A stretch of 48,585 nucleotides of DNA. Origin: a virus (lineage: Duplodnaviria; Caudoviricetes). The translations under genes were made by a program, and so were the position numbers. The notes beneath the pieces are model-generated. The model searched no databases, was not told the origin of the DNA, and saw only the letters and a list, made by a program, of their open reading frames with translations. The stretch lies in IMG/VR virus record IMGVR_UViG_3300023065_000152, positions 1 through 48,585 of that record. The stretch is one strand, 5' to 3'. This document shows positions 8,985 to 16,888 of this stretch, piece after piece; within the stretch, counting starts at the first letter, position 1; each line of letters starts with the position of its first letter.

Positions 8985-9121
8985 TCATCCCCCAGAGCCT
9001 TGCTGACGAATCCTGTTAATTGCTCATGCAACTCAACCAAAACCTCATCATCAAACCCATCCAGAAACGCTTGTTCGATAAGCTTGATAACTTCTGTTGC
9101 TTGTTCCTGTGTTAATTCCAT
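8981..9121 (-). CDS. Small acidic protein (46 aa; not in ORF track)
   Basis: Hand translation MELTQEQATEVIKLIEQAFLDGFDDEVLVELHEQLTGFVSKALGDE; GAGGTG RBS. Confidence 0.65.
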   Translation of the reverse strand: MELTQEQATEVIKLIEQAFLDGFDDEVLVELHEQLTGFVSKALGDE

Positions 9122-9172
9122 ATTCACCTCTGTGGCTTGCTGCCAAAAGAAAACCCGCCGTAGCGGGTTTAT

Positions 9173-9406
9173 TCAGTCCAAGTATTCAGGTTCGGATTTT
9201 TTCTCTAATCCTGCGTGCTCAATTATCCGGTTTAACTGCTTGGTTCCACCCTCCAATGAAGCTTCACGATATTGCTCATACATTTTCATGGGGATGCTCA
9301 CCCACATCTCATCAATTTCGCAGTTTATGTTTACTGCCAATCCAGCGCTTAGCGCCTTTTCCATATCGCCGTCATTCTTGACGACAAGGCATCTCATTTT
9401 ACCCAT
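9173..9406 (-). CDS. Hypothetical protein
   Basis: ORF 9173-9433; GAGGT RBS favours ATG 9406; followed by a terminator. Confidence 0.6.
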   Translation of the reverse strand: MGKMRCLVVKNDGDMEKALSAGLAVNINCEIDEMWVSIPMKMYEQYREASLEGGTKQLNRIIEHAGLEKKSEPEYLD

Positions 9407-9490
9407 AAATACCTCAGTGGTTACTGGCATCAAAGACTATCATGATGGGCCAGATGCAAGCCATCTTGCTTGCTGCCAAAAGAAGGCCGG

Positions 9491-9661
9491 CTATGCGGCC
9501 TCGAATCCCGTCACCTCTACTCGGCAGAATGCATAGGTGTAGAGTTTTTTCTCCCTAATCATCGCCTCAGCAGACTCAATGCTGTCCGCATCATCGACGA
9601 ATTTAATATTTTCGCCATCGTCATCAATCTTCCCTGCTATTACCGTATAAATCAGAGACAT
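9491..9661 (-). CDS. Small acidic protein (56 aa; not in ORF track)
   Basis: Hand translation MSLIYTVIAGKIDDDGENIKFVDDADSIESAEAMIREKKLYTYAFCRVEVTGFEAA; GAGGTG RBS. Confidence 0.65.
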   Translation of the reverse strand: MSLIYTVIAGKIDDDGENIKFVDDADSIESAEAMIREKKLYTYAFCRVEVTGFEAA

Positions 9662-9669
9662 ATCTCACC

Positions 9670-9960
9670 TCAAATAAGTGGCTTACTGCTCAGCTTCATG
9701 CGCTGAACGGCGTGGATTTTGTTACCGAGCGGGTTAGCGTCACGGTAGTAGGTGCGATTCTGCTTAACCGCTGTAACTTCAACTTCCTTCTGACGCATTC
9801 CGGCAAGCGAAATGGCCTTCGAAACCCGTGTACTACATGTGCTATTTGCTACCCGGCGTGCAAGAGAAGCGTCCTGCATTGCCTGTTCACGTTGAGCTTG
9901 TCTGCGTGCTCTGCGGCGATTTCTGGCGTTATCATCAGCCAGGTAAGTAACGATTATCAT
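9670..9960 (-). CDS. N: Antitermination protein N
   Basis: Arginine-rich motif DNARNRRRARRQAQ; first gene after pL/nutL; GGAGG RBS. Confidence 0.88.
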   Translation of the reverse strand: MIIVTYLADDNARNRRRARRQAQREQAMQDASLARRVANSTCSTRVSKAISLAGMRQKEVEVTAVKQNRTYYRDANPLGNKIHAVQRMKLSSKPLI

Positions 9961-9975
9961 GTTGACCTCCAATGA

Positions 9976-10126
9976 TTGGCTTTGGTGATTGGATGGCCGG
10001 TACTGATCTCCGGCATAAGGCGCTTATTCGGCGGCTTCGAGCTTGCTTATTCGCTTGAGCCATCCTCGTGAGTCAGCCACGTCCCACTGCGCATCAGCCT
10101 GCGCATTCATCCAATCCCAAAGCCAA
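9976..10126 (-). ncRNA. N-leader RNase III-type stem enclosing a multi-hairpin RNA
   Basis: TTGGCTTTGGGATTGGATG pairs with CATCCAATCACCAAAGCCAA, analogous to the lambda N-leader rIII stem; internal hairpins visible. Confidence 0.7.
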
Positions 10127-10138
10127 ACACTCTTTGGT

Positions 10139-10179
10139 TCCCGCATTTCGGCGGGACAATCCATCAATGTTAAAGAGCG
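10139..10179 (-). promoter_or_regulatory. nutL (boxA + boxB)
   Basis: boxA CGCTCTTTAAC; boxB TCCCGCCGAAATGCGGGA; matches nutR. Confidence 0.9.
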
Positions 10180-10220
10180 ATTCACCATCCTGGTGAGTAG
10201 TGCGTCCTGCTGATGGCTTA

Positions 10221-10255
10221 AATGTATGCGTTAAACGCAAATGCGTCAAGCGCAT
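10221..10255 (-). promoter_or_regulatory. pL promoter with OL operators
   Basis: TTGACG, 17-nt spacer, TACATT, then ATCAGCAGGACGCACT (lambda pL-like start). Operators ATGCG-N5-CGCAW at 10226-10240 and 10241-10255. Confidence 0.85.
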
Positions 10256-10347
10256 ATTTATCGCAAATGGAAGCAAATAAGCTAAAAATTACTTATGCGT
10301 ATGATTCAAAAAGGAATAAAATTTTTTGATGGATTTGCAGCGGGCAC

Positions 10348-10370
10348 AAAAAAACCCGCAAAAGCGGGTT
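10348..10370 (-). terminator. Terminator downstream of cI
   Basis: CCCGC/GCGGG stem plus T7. Confidence 0.8.
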
Positions 10371-10389
10371 CATAAGGCGGGGGAGGTGG

Positions 10390-11097
10390 TTATCCGTGTC
10401 GTCGGAATTGCTGTGACTGGCTCAGCATTACGCGGCCTGATACGTGAAGCATTGCAGCTTCTTCCTGGTTGATCGACCATTCCCGGTATTTTGGGTTGTC
10501 GGATATGACAAAGAGGTCGTTTTTAACCTTCTGCAGACGCTTAACAAATGTATCGCCATTGAAATCGAATACGTAGATACCGTCACCATCGAAATAGTTA
10601 ACTCTGATGTCCACAAAAATGAGATCACCAGGCTCAATGGTTCCCTGCATGCTGTCGCCACGAACGTTTATCAGCTTAACGGAACGCTGCGGGATGTTTC
10701 CAAAGATAGATTTCGCTTGGTCAATGTCGTACTCAATTGATCTAACCACCTCCACAAGGTCTTTGGATGGAGCACCATCACCTGCACTGGCAGAAACGTT
10801 AAGAACATCAACTCTATACACATTCTTTTCCTCCCGATGATTTAGGGAATTAACACTGTACGAATCTACAGTATTTTCTGTCTCATCGGAAGAGAATAGT
10901 ACAGCCACAGGAACATCAAGGGCTTTTGCAATCTTTCTTAGAAGCTGATCACTATAGCCCTGAACGCCACGCTCAAGACGTGATAGGTTGCCTACGTCGC
11001 TATCAACAAGCAACGCCAGCTCGTTTAATGTGTATTTGTGCTGCTTCCGTAGAAGCCTAATCTTTTCACCTACTTTCATATCGTTATTAGAAAACAT
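10390..11097 (-). CDS. cI: CI repressor (HTH + S24 peptidase)
   Basis: N-terminal HTH; SAG cleavage site; VRGDSM (Ser) and FVKRL (Lys). Confidence 0.95.
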   Translation of the reverse strand: MFSNNDMKVGEKIRLLRKQHKYTLNELALLVDSDVGNLSRLERGVQGYSDQLLRKIAKALDVPVAVLFSSDETENTVDSYSVNSLNHREEKNVYRVDVLNVSASAGDGAPSKDLVEVVRSIEYDIDQAKSIFGNIPQRSVKLINVRGDSMQGTIEPGDLIFVDIRVNYFDGDGIYVFDFNGDTFVKRLQKVKNDLFVISDNPKYREWSINQEEAAMLHVSGRVMLSQSQQFRRHG

Positions 11098-11099
11098 TT

Positions 11100-11162
11100 A
11101 TGCGCTCTCCGCAAAGCGCCTTGCGCAAAATCTGCGTATGCATTATTATGCGTATAACGCAT
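11100..11162 (+). promoter_or_regulatory. OR operators / pR promoter
   Basis: ATGCG-N5-CGCAW at 11100-11114 and 11148-11162; TTGCGC (11121), 17-nt spacer, TATTAT (11144). Confidence 0.8.
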
Positions 11163-11176
11163 TAAGGAGGTGCATT

Positions 11177-11389
11177 ATGTGTACACCATTAAGAAAAATG
11201 CGTGTGGAGAAAGGCCTGACAATCGCTGAAGTTTCGAAGCTGACAGAGATTGACGTTGGGAACCTGAGCCGAATTGAGCGAGGAAAGCAAGTTACCTCTC
11301 TGGAAACGGCTGAAAAGCTCTCGAAATTCTTCGAAGGGAAGATCTCCGAGATGCAGATTCTCTACCCGCATCGCTATATGGCTGCTTAG
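11177..11389 (+). CDS. cro: Cro-like repressor
   Basis: AAGGAGG RBS before ATG 11177; HTH; divergent from cI. Confidence 0.9.
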   Translation: MCTPLRKMRVEKGLTIAEVSKLTEIDVGNLSRIERGKQVTSLETAEKLSKFFEGKISEMQILYPHRYMAA

Positions 11390-11395
11390 CAGCGA

Positions 11396-11438
11396 CGCTC
11401 TTTAACAGCTCTGGCCTCATTCCCGCCGAAATGCGGGG
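11396..11438 (+). promoter_or_regulatory. nutR (boxA + boxB)
   Basis: CGCTCTTTAAC and TCCCGCCGAAATGCGGGG after cro. Confidence 0.9.
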
Positions 11439-11486
11439 ATAAACCAACGCATCAACAGATGCGTATTTACTTATTAACTAAGGAAA

Positions 11487-11519
11487 ATATTAATCAATGG
11501 AACTAGCAAAAGACAGCAA
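11487..11519 (-). promoter_or_regulatory. pRE, CII-activated promoter
   Basis: Minus strand TTGC-N6-TTGC (11519-11506), then 13 nt, then TAATAT; overlaps the cII start as in lambda. Confidence 0.75.
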
Positions 11520-11787
11520 AAAGGTACGCGAAGTGGAAACAGAGCTTCGTGCCCGACTCGTTTCAATGGGTCAGACAAATTTCGCAAAGATGGCGGGATG
11601 GGCTGATTCAAAGGTGAGTCGATTAAACATTCACGATATGGCTGTGACGTTTGTTCTTCTGGAGAAAGTCTGGGAGACAAGCCTGATTCGTGAAGTGGCA
11701 AGGCAGGCTATTGCAGCTGTTATGCCAGAAAGCAAAAAGCGCCCGGTGGTGGCCGGACGCTCTGAGCAACTAACTATCGACTTTTAA
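11497..11787 (+). CDS. cII: CII transcriptional activator
   Basis: Position after cro/nutR; MGQTNFAKMAGWADSKVSR HTH; C-terminus KKRPV...SEQLTIDF. Confidence 0.88.
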   Translation: MELAKDSKKVREVETELRARLVSMGQTNFAKMAGWADSKVSRLNIHDMAVTFVLLEKVWETSLIREVARQAIAAVMPESKKRPVVAGRSEQLTIDF

Positions 11788-11849
11788 ACACACTGTGTTA
11801 CGTCAATAACAACAGGAGTAATTATGAGTTCTCTATCTCAGCTTTACAA
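11733..11849 (-). ncRNA. oop: OOP-like antisense RNA to cII, with its promoter
   Basis: Minus strand TTGTAA (11849-11844), 17-nt spacer, CATAAT (11826-11821); terminator hairpin plus T-run at about 11760-11733 inside the cII 3' end. Confidence 0.65.
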
Positions 11850-12639
11850 GTCCAAGGATAAAAACGGTACCGAAACCACAGTGAAGAAAACCTTCCTGGT
11901 GCCGCTGTCAGAAATCTATGTGGAGCCTGGCTTTAACGTTCGTGAAATCGACCAGGTTCACGTCGAAGAGTTTCGGGATGCGTTTATTGCCGGCGAGTAC
12001 GTTCCGCCATTGGCTGTTCAGGTAACAGAGCAGGGCGTAAAAATTATTGACGGCCATCACCGCTATTACGGCGCACTGGCGGCACAGGAATCCGGTACCG
12101 AAATCCCACGCCTGGAATGCAAAGATTTCATTGGTTCTGATGCCGATCGCATCGCTTTCATGGTCACCAGCTCACAAGGTAAACCTCTGACGCCGCTTGA
12201 ACGCGCAGCAGCCTACCAGCGCCTGAGTAATCAGGGCTGGGAGCCAGCAGAGATTGCGAAGAAGGTTAAACGTTCAGTTGCTGATGTTGACCACCATCTT
12301 CAGTTACTGACTTGCGGTGATGAGCTGATTGGCATGGTTCGCTCCGGTGAAGTCGCTGCCACCACAGCAGTTGCATTATCCCGCGAGCATGGCTCTCAGG
12401 CGTCCGCAGTAGCGGTCGAGCAGATGGGCAAAGCCAAAGCCGCTGGGAAGTCAAAACTAACGCGTAGTGCGGCTCTACCGCAATTCAGTGCTGTTAAGGC
12501 AAGAGAATTCATCCAGCTGATTGCTGATCACCATCCAGTCACAATTCCCGAAAAAGCACTGACCATCCTGAATGAATATCGCCAGTTCCTGAAAGATGCT
12601 GGCTGGGAGGAAAAGAGTGAGCATGCTTCTAATGGCTAA
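11824..12639 (+). CDS. ParB/Srx N-terminal domain protein with HTH
   Basis: FNVR...PPLAV...IIDGHHRY ParB/Srx motif; LTPLERA...EIAKKVKRS HTH. Confidence 0.8.
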   Translation: MSSLSQLYKSKDKNGTETTVKKTFLVPLSEIYVEPGFNVREIDQVHVEEFRDAFIAGEYVPPLAVQVTEQGVKIIDGHHRYYGALAAQESGTEIPRLECKDFIGSDADRIAFMVTSSQGKPLTPLERAAAYQRLSNQGWEPAEIAKKVKRSVADVDHHLQLLTCGDELIGMVRSGEVAATTAVALSREHGSQASAVAVEQMGKAKAAGKSKLTRSAALPQFSAVKAREFIQLIADHHPVTIPEKALTILNEYRQFLKDAGWEEKSEHASNG

Positions 12640-13318
12640 AGCCATGACGATGAAAGTAGGTAATCCCCTGAGAAAGCTGGTACTCCTGAAGCTGGCAGAC
12701 AATGCCAGCGATTTGGGCGAGTGTTGGCCTAGTTATCAACATATCGCTGACCAGTGCGAGATAAGCAAGCGCTCTGTGATGAATCACATCGACGCATTAT
12801 GCGATGCCGGCCTGGTGAGAAAAGAGTATCGGCCTGGACCGAAAGGAAACTCCAGCAATGTGTATCACCTCAACCTACATGGTGCAGGAGATTCACTAGG
12901 GGGTAGTGCAGCAAATTCACCAGGTGGTGCAGGAGATTCACTAGGGGGTAGTGCAGGAGCTGCACCCAGAACCAGTCACTCTTTTGAACCTATCAATGAA
13001 CCTATACAGCAGGTCGCTAACGCTCCATGTGAGGTACATGACGTTTCTTCGAAATATGCTTTTGCAGGGAATGTCATTCGACTTAACCATGAGCACTTCC
13101 AGAAATGGAAAGCACTCTACAGAAACATCGACCTGGTTTATGAGCTGAATCGACTTGATATCGAGTTCACTGCTGAAAAGCCAAAGAACTGGTTCATCAC
13201 TGCAAGCCAGAAGCTTAGCTATCAGAACAAACAATCCTCCGGCCGACCAATGCAGAAGACGGCTGTTAACCAATCACACTGGAACGACAAAGACGAGTGG
13301 GAGAACAACTTCCTATGA
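12623..13318 (+). CDS. Replication initiator (O-like, N-terminal wHTH)
   Basis: RKLVLLKLADNA...CWPSYQHIADQCEIS; contains iterons; start may be GTG 12617. Confidence 0.88.
   Translation: MLLMAKAMTMKVGNPLRKLVLLKLADNASDLGECWPSYQHIADQCEISKRSVMNHIDALCDAGLVRKEYRPGPKGNSSNVYHLNLHGAGDSLGGSAANSPGGAGDSLGGSAGAAPRTSHSFEPINEPIQQVANAPCEVHDVSSKYAFAGNVIRLNHEHFQKWKALYRNIDLVYELNRLDIEFTAEKPKNWFITASQKLSYQNKQSSGRPMQKTAVNQSHWNDKDEWENNFL
12881..12966. repeat. Replication origin iterons (4x GTGCAG-N-A-N-N-T-N-CAC)
   Basis: Copies at 12882, 12906, 12927 and 12951, including a 31-bp exact direct repeat (12881-12911 / 12926-12956). Confidence 0.85.
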
Positions 13319-14007
13319 AAAACCTTGCCCAGGCAATTCACAATCGCGACAGCAACGCACTGGCTCGCCTTGCTGGAGAAAACAAAGAGCCAGATCGCGG
13401 AGTCAACAACGAGGCAGAGAGGCTGGTAGATATCCTGTTCGACAACCTCAAGCAGCTTTTCCCGGCATCAGTCAGTACCGCCCTGAAAGACCCGCGTGAC
13501 GAAGCAGCTGCAAAGCGCCAGTGGATAGCGGCATTTGCAGAGAACAACATCCGCAGCAGAGAGCAGCTTAAATCCGGAATGCAGCACGCCCGGGCAAGCG
13601 CATCACCATTCTGGCCTTCCCCTGGGCAATTCATCGCCTGGTGCAAAGACGCAGAGTTCAAAGCTGGCGGCCTCCCTGATACAAACGAACTTTACGACAT
13701 GGTCATGGAATACTGCGCCCACAAAATTGAGTACGAAACTCCTGAGCGTTACCCATGGAAGAGCAACGCCTGCTACTGGATGGTGACGAAACTATACGAC
13801 CTGATACGATCGCTTAACCTGACAGACTCAGAGCTGCGAAAGCGATGCACTGAAGAGTTGAGAAAAATGGCTCACCGCATTGAGTCAGGAGAAGAAATCC
13901 CTGCGCCGGTTGTTCAAATTCCAAAGCTTCACATCCCGCTAAGCAACGATAAAGGCCTGGCTAAAATCGCCGAGCTACGTGCAAAGCATCGCCTGGGGAG
14001 GCATTGA
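13315..14007 (+). CDS. Replication protein P (lambda P-like helicase loader)
   Basis: KRQWIAAFAEN...PFWPSPGQFIAWC; ATGA-coupled to O. Confidence 0.9.
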   Translation: MKNLAQAIHNRDSNALARLAGENKEPDRGVNNEAERLVDILFDNLKQLFPASVSTALKDPRDEAAAKRQWIAAFAENNIRSREQLKSGMQHARASASPFWPSPGQFIAWCKDAEFKAGGLPDTNELYDMVMEYCAHKIEYETPERYPWKSNACYWMVTKLYDLIRSLNLTDSELRKRCTEELRKMAHRIESGEEIPAPVVQIPKLHIPLSNDKGLAKIAELRAKHRLGRH

Positions 14008-14008
14008 A

Positions 14009-14146
14009 ATGGACGCAGAACGCGAAAGATTCGAAGGTTTTTTCCGAAGCGTTTACCGCGAAAGATACCGACTAGAGAGAACCTATCTCGGATATCAGGA
14101 CCCATTCGTAAACACATTATTTTTCTTCTGGCAGGAGGGAAGATGA
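14009..14146 (+). CDS. Small hypothetical protein (45 aa; not in ORF track)
   Basis: Hand translation MDAERERFEGFFRSVYRERYRL...WQEGR; GGAGG RBS; coupled to the next ATG. Confidence 0.5.
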   Translation: MDAERERFEGFFRSVYRERYRLERTYLGYQDPFVNTLFFFWQEGR

Positions 14147-14595
14147 ACGCACGAGACAAGATGCTTGCTCATCTCGAAACCAGCAAGCCAACATCATCAT
14201 CTGAGTTTCACACACTAACCAGAGCACCAAAATCCTGCGTTAACCAAATCCTCAAAGAGCTACTCGAGTCCGGCCATATCGAAATTGACAGTCAGATTAA
14301 CGATATTAAGCGCTACCGACTAACTAGCCTGCACAGCAACCGTCGTCAGGCGATTCTTGACTATCTGGATGATGGTCACGAAGGAACCTCTGGGGATATC
14401 TCAGCGGCTACCGGCGTATGCCTGTCAATGACAACGCAGATACTGGCATCCCTGAACAAGAGGGGTGAGGTTTATCGCGAGTGGTTAGGGCGCGAAAAGG
14501 TCTGGATGTACCGCAAGAATGCGCCGCATAAGTTTGGTTGCGCCAACCCACTGACTGCATTTATCAACCAGAGATTGAGAGAGGTGAGGGCATGA
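14143..14595 (+). CDS. Tandem winged-helix DNA-binding protein
   Basis: Two wHTH-like repeats; C-terminal FGCANPLT. Confidence 0.65.
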   Translation: MNARDKMLAHLETSKPTSSSEFHTLTRAPKSCVNQILKELLESGHIEIDSQINDIKRYRLTSLHSNRRQAILDYLDDGHEGTSGDISAATGVCLSMTTQILASLNKRGEVYREWLGREKVWMYRKNAPHKFGCANPLTAFINQRLREVRA

Positions 14596-14852
14596 AAAGT
14601 TACATAACGATTCATAGTTGTATTATCGGAAGTGGCAATGATTTTGATATCGACTACAGCTCTGACTGTATGCATTTCGAAAAAAGAGATAAGGCAATCA
14701 AGCATGGACTAAAAAATCAGGGTAGCGATGATTTCAACGTTGGTGTTGTCGATGATGGAAGGCTTGTATCGCTCGATTGGATGAATGAGGTTGTATCTTC
14801 AGATCCTGATGAGTTACATAAAATTGAGCTTGCAATTGGACTTAACGACTAA
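14592..14852 (+). CDS. Hypothetical protein
   Basis: ATGA overlap, GAGG RBS. Confidence 0.6.
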   Translation: MKSYITIHSCIIGSGNDFDIDYSSDCMHFEKRDKAIKHGLKNQGSDDFNVGVVDDGRLVSLDWMNEVVSSDPDELHKIELAIGLND

Positions 14853-14877
14853 CACCCCAGCACGCTGATGGAGAGGA

Positions 14878-15204
14878 ATGATGAGTAACGAGAATGAATT
14901 AGCTAAATGGCTGCAAAGTGGTGGATACCTTCCGGAGTTTCTACGTGACTTCCACGACCAGAAAGACGTGTTTAAGGCTATGCATGACACCATTGGGAAT
15001 GCTAACGAAAACGGCAATGCGAGAGACGGTCATATCTATGTTATCGATACCTTTCTTTGGTACATGGGTCGATGCGGGTACACATTGCAGAAATCAAGAA
15101 AAAACGTCGAATTTAAATACATGCAGGATGACATTGATCGCAGCAAAGAATTTCGCCGAGAAGCGTTTGCTCGTGTCATTTCAGAGCAGCAGAAAGGCGA
15201 GTGA
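14878..15204 (+). CDS. Conserved phage hypothetical protein
   Basis: 108 aa, strong RBS; YLPEFLRDFHDQKD...FLWYMGRCGYTLQ. Confidence 0.7.
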   Translation: MMSNENELAKWLQSGGYLPEFLRDFHDQKDVFKAMHDTIGNANENGNARDGHIYVIDTFLWYMGRCGYTLQKSRKNVEFKYMQDDIDRSKEFRREAFARVISEQQKGE

Positions 15205-15215
15205 TGGAGAGGAAT

Positions 15216-15407
15216 ATGGACGAATCAAGAAAGCAGTTTGAGCGGTGGTGGGAAATTAACTACCACAATGGCAATCCTCCTCGCTTCGGCTGGGAGGCAT
15301 GGCGAGAAGGTGATGGTTACAAGGTTGATGATGATGAGTCAGAGCTGGATGGAATGTGGCAGGCATTTCAGGCTGGCATCGCCGCTGGAATCAAAGTGAA
15401 GGAGTGA
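15216..15407 (+). CDS. Nin-region hypothetical protein
   Basis: MDESRKQFERWW...WQAFQAG...GIKVKE. Confidence 0.65.
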   Translation: MDESRKQFERWWEINYHNGNPPRFGWEAWREGDGYKVDDDESELDGMWQAFQAGIAAGIKVKE

Positions 15408-15422
15408 GTATGAGGCCAACTT

Positions 15423-15872
15423 ATGCAAATCGAGATGATCAAGACCGCAGGGGGAGTATTCGCTCCGGCATTTGAGCATGACCTTCCCCGCCTTACCAAG
15501 TTTCAAAACGGCGAGATGTATACAGCCGAATTCAAGTTAACCCGTAACCCCGCATTCCATAGAAAAATGTTCGCGTTCTTCAACTTTTGCTTTCAGCACT
15601 GGGCTGCTGACAAGGCAGGGCTTGAACATGCTGACGAAACTACTCAGTTCAACCGGTTCAGAAAAGACCTGACGATTCTGGCTGGCTTCTACGACATGGT
15701 AACGAACATCCGTGGTGAGGTTAGGGCAGAGGCAAAAAGCCTGTCATACGGCAGCATGGAGCCTGATGAATTCGAGCGATGCTACAGCGCCATGATTAAC
15801 GCAGCTATTAAGCATGTGTTTGGCAAGACGAAAGACCAGAACGTGCTGAATCAGCTCTATTCATTTTTCTGA
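15423..15872 (+). CDS. DUF1367-family protein
   Basis: RNPAFHRKMFA...FRKDLTILAG...AKSLSYGSM. Confidence 0.8.
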   Translation: MQIEMIKTAGGVFAPAFEHDLPRLTKFQNGEMYTAEFKLTRNPAFHRKMFAFFNFCFQHWAADKAGLEHADETTQFNRFRKDLTILAGFYDMVTNIRGEVRAEAKSLSYGSMEPDEFERCYSAMINAAIKHVFGKTKDQNVLNQLYSFF

Positions 15873-15878
15873 GGATTT

Positions 15879-16103
15879 ATGAGCCTACGAGTTAGAGACA
15901 TCCCGTCCGGGGTAAAATTCTGCCTTGTTCGCAACGGGCATAAGTTCACCATGATTCGTCAGCACGAGGAGCTTCACTATCTCTACAGGGTGATAGCGCA
16001 TCCGTGGGTCGATAAGAAAATGGGCCTCTTCCGTGAGCAGGAGAAATCGCTTAACGGACAGAGTTTCGCAAAACCAGTTATCAGGATAACGCCATGCGGA
16101 TGA
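15879..16103 (+). CDS. Hypothetical protein
   Basis: GAGGA RBS; within the nin operon. Confidence 0.55.
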   Translation: MSLRVRDIPSGVKFCLVRNGHKFTMIRQHEELHYLYRVIAHPWVDKKMGLFREQEKSLNGQSFAKPVIRITPCG

Positions 16104-16294
16104 CATGGTTTTACCATCACGACCTTACAAACGAAGAAGCAACTCAGTTAATCACCGCCTACCAATCTCGCAACGTAAAAACTCAAAGAACGCTAAGCGC
16201 AGACCCTCGGTTTTGGGTGGTTTCCGCCTTGTTGCCCGAATACGCCAGCGAGCCAAAGGGTAGGAGTCAGTATCAACAGAGGATATGGAGTTAG
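16094..16294 (+). CDS. Hypothetical protein
   Basis: Coupled ORF in the nin region. Confidence 0.6.
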   Translation: MRMTWFYHHDLTNEEATQLITAYQSRNVKTQRTLSADPRFWVVSALLPEYASEPKGRSQYQQRIWS

Positions 16295-16296
16295 CC

Positions 16297-16527
16297 ATGA
16301 GTGAAATTGAAGACTATCAAGACCGGCTAGATGACCTTTTGCAAGACGCGATTGGCGATGATGTCGACCCGCTTTTCCTACTTCTAAGCGCAGTAAAGGC
16401 ATGCATGGAAGAAGAGCTGGAAGATTTGGGTGGCGAAAGCGATGAGCCGCTCAGTATCGACTTCGGAGAAAAGGTGCTCACGGTAAAAATTGAAACGCAT
16501 GAAGAAATTAACGCGAGGTTGCATTGA
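16297..16527 (+). CDS. Highly acidic hypothetical protein
   Basis: 23 D/E versus 5 K/R in 76 aa (hand count); GGAG RBS. Confidence 0.65.
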   Translation: MSEIEDYQDRLDDLLQDAIGDDVDPLFLLLSAVKACMEEELEDLGGESDEPLSIDFGEKVLTVKIETHEEINARLH

Positions 16528-16528
16528 T

Positions 16529-16888
16529 ATGGACTATTCGAAACTAACTAAGCATGAATTAGCAGACTTGCGGAACGCTATTGAGAGAGAGCAGAAGCGC
16601 AGAGATGGTGAGCCAAAAGTAATCACATATCGCGTTACATCCTGCATGACAGACCATCGATACTTCAAAGACCTTAAGTGTGCCCTGGTATGCCTGAAAG
16701 AAACGGTGGATTTGGTAATCGAAAACTCTCTGGAAGATGGTGGAGATTACGTTAACAAATGCACTGGAATAGTTGGCGTCGTGTTTCGCGTAGAGGAAGT
16801 TTCTCAGTCTGATTTCGATGCGTGGGAAAAGGAAAAGCGTTACGACGACATTTGCTTTGCTGAAAGAGTGAGTAGCTTAAATGCTTAG
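16529..16888 (+). CDS. Hypothetical protein
   Basis: GAGG RBS, ATG 16529. Confidence 0.65.
   Translation: MDYSKLTKHELADLRNAIEREQKRRDGEPKVITYRVTSCMTDHRYFKDLKCALVCLKETVDLVIENSLEDGGDYVNKCTGIVGVVFRVEEVSQSDFDAWEKEKRYDDICFAERVSSLNA

Noticed and set aside
9000-9975. Plus-strand ORFs 9000-9536, 9097-9381, 9470-9706 and 9712-9975 as a sieB-like gene
   Set aside because: They shadow minus-strand genes that have good RBSs, and have no clear RBS or recognisable motifs of their own.
9976-10126. Hammerhead ribozyme in the N leader (CTGATG present)
   Set aside because: It reads CUGAUGC rather than CUGANGA, and no correctly placed GAAA core is present.
10988-11176. N-terminal extension of Cro in the ORF track
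   Set aside because: It overlaps cI and OR; the real start is ATG 11177 after AAGGAGG.
12881-12966. CRISPR-like array
   Set aside because: Only four short repeats with 6-9-bp gaps inside the initiator gene, which fits iterons; no cas genes.
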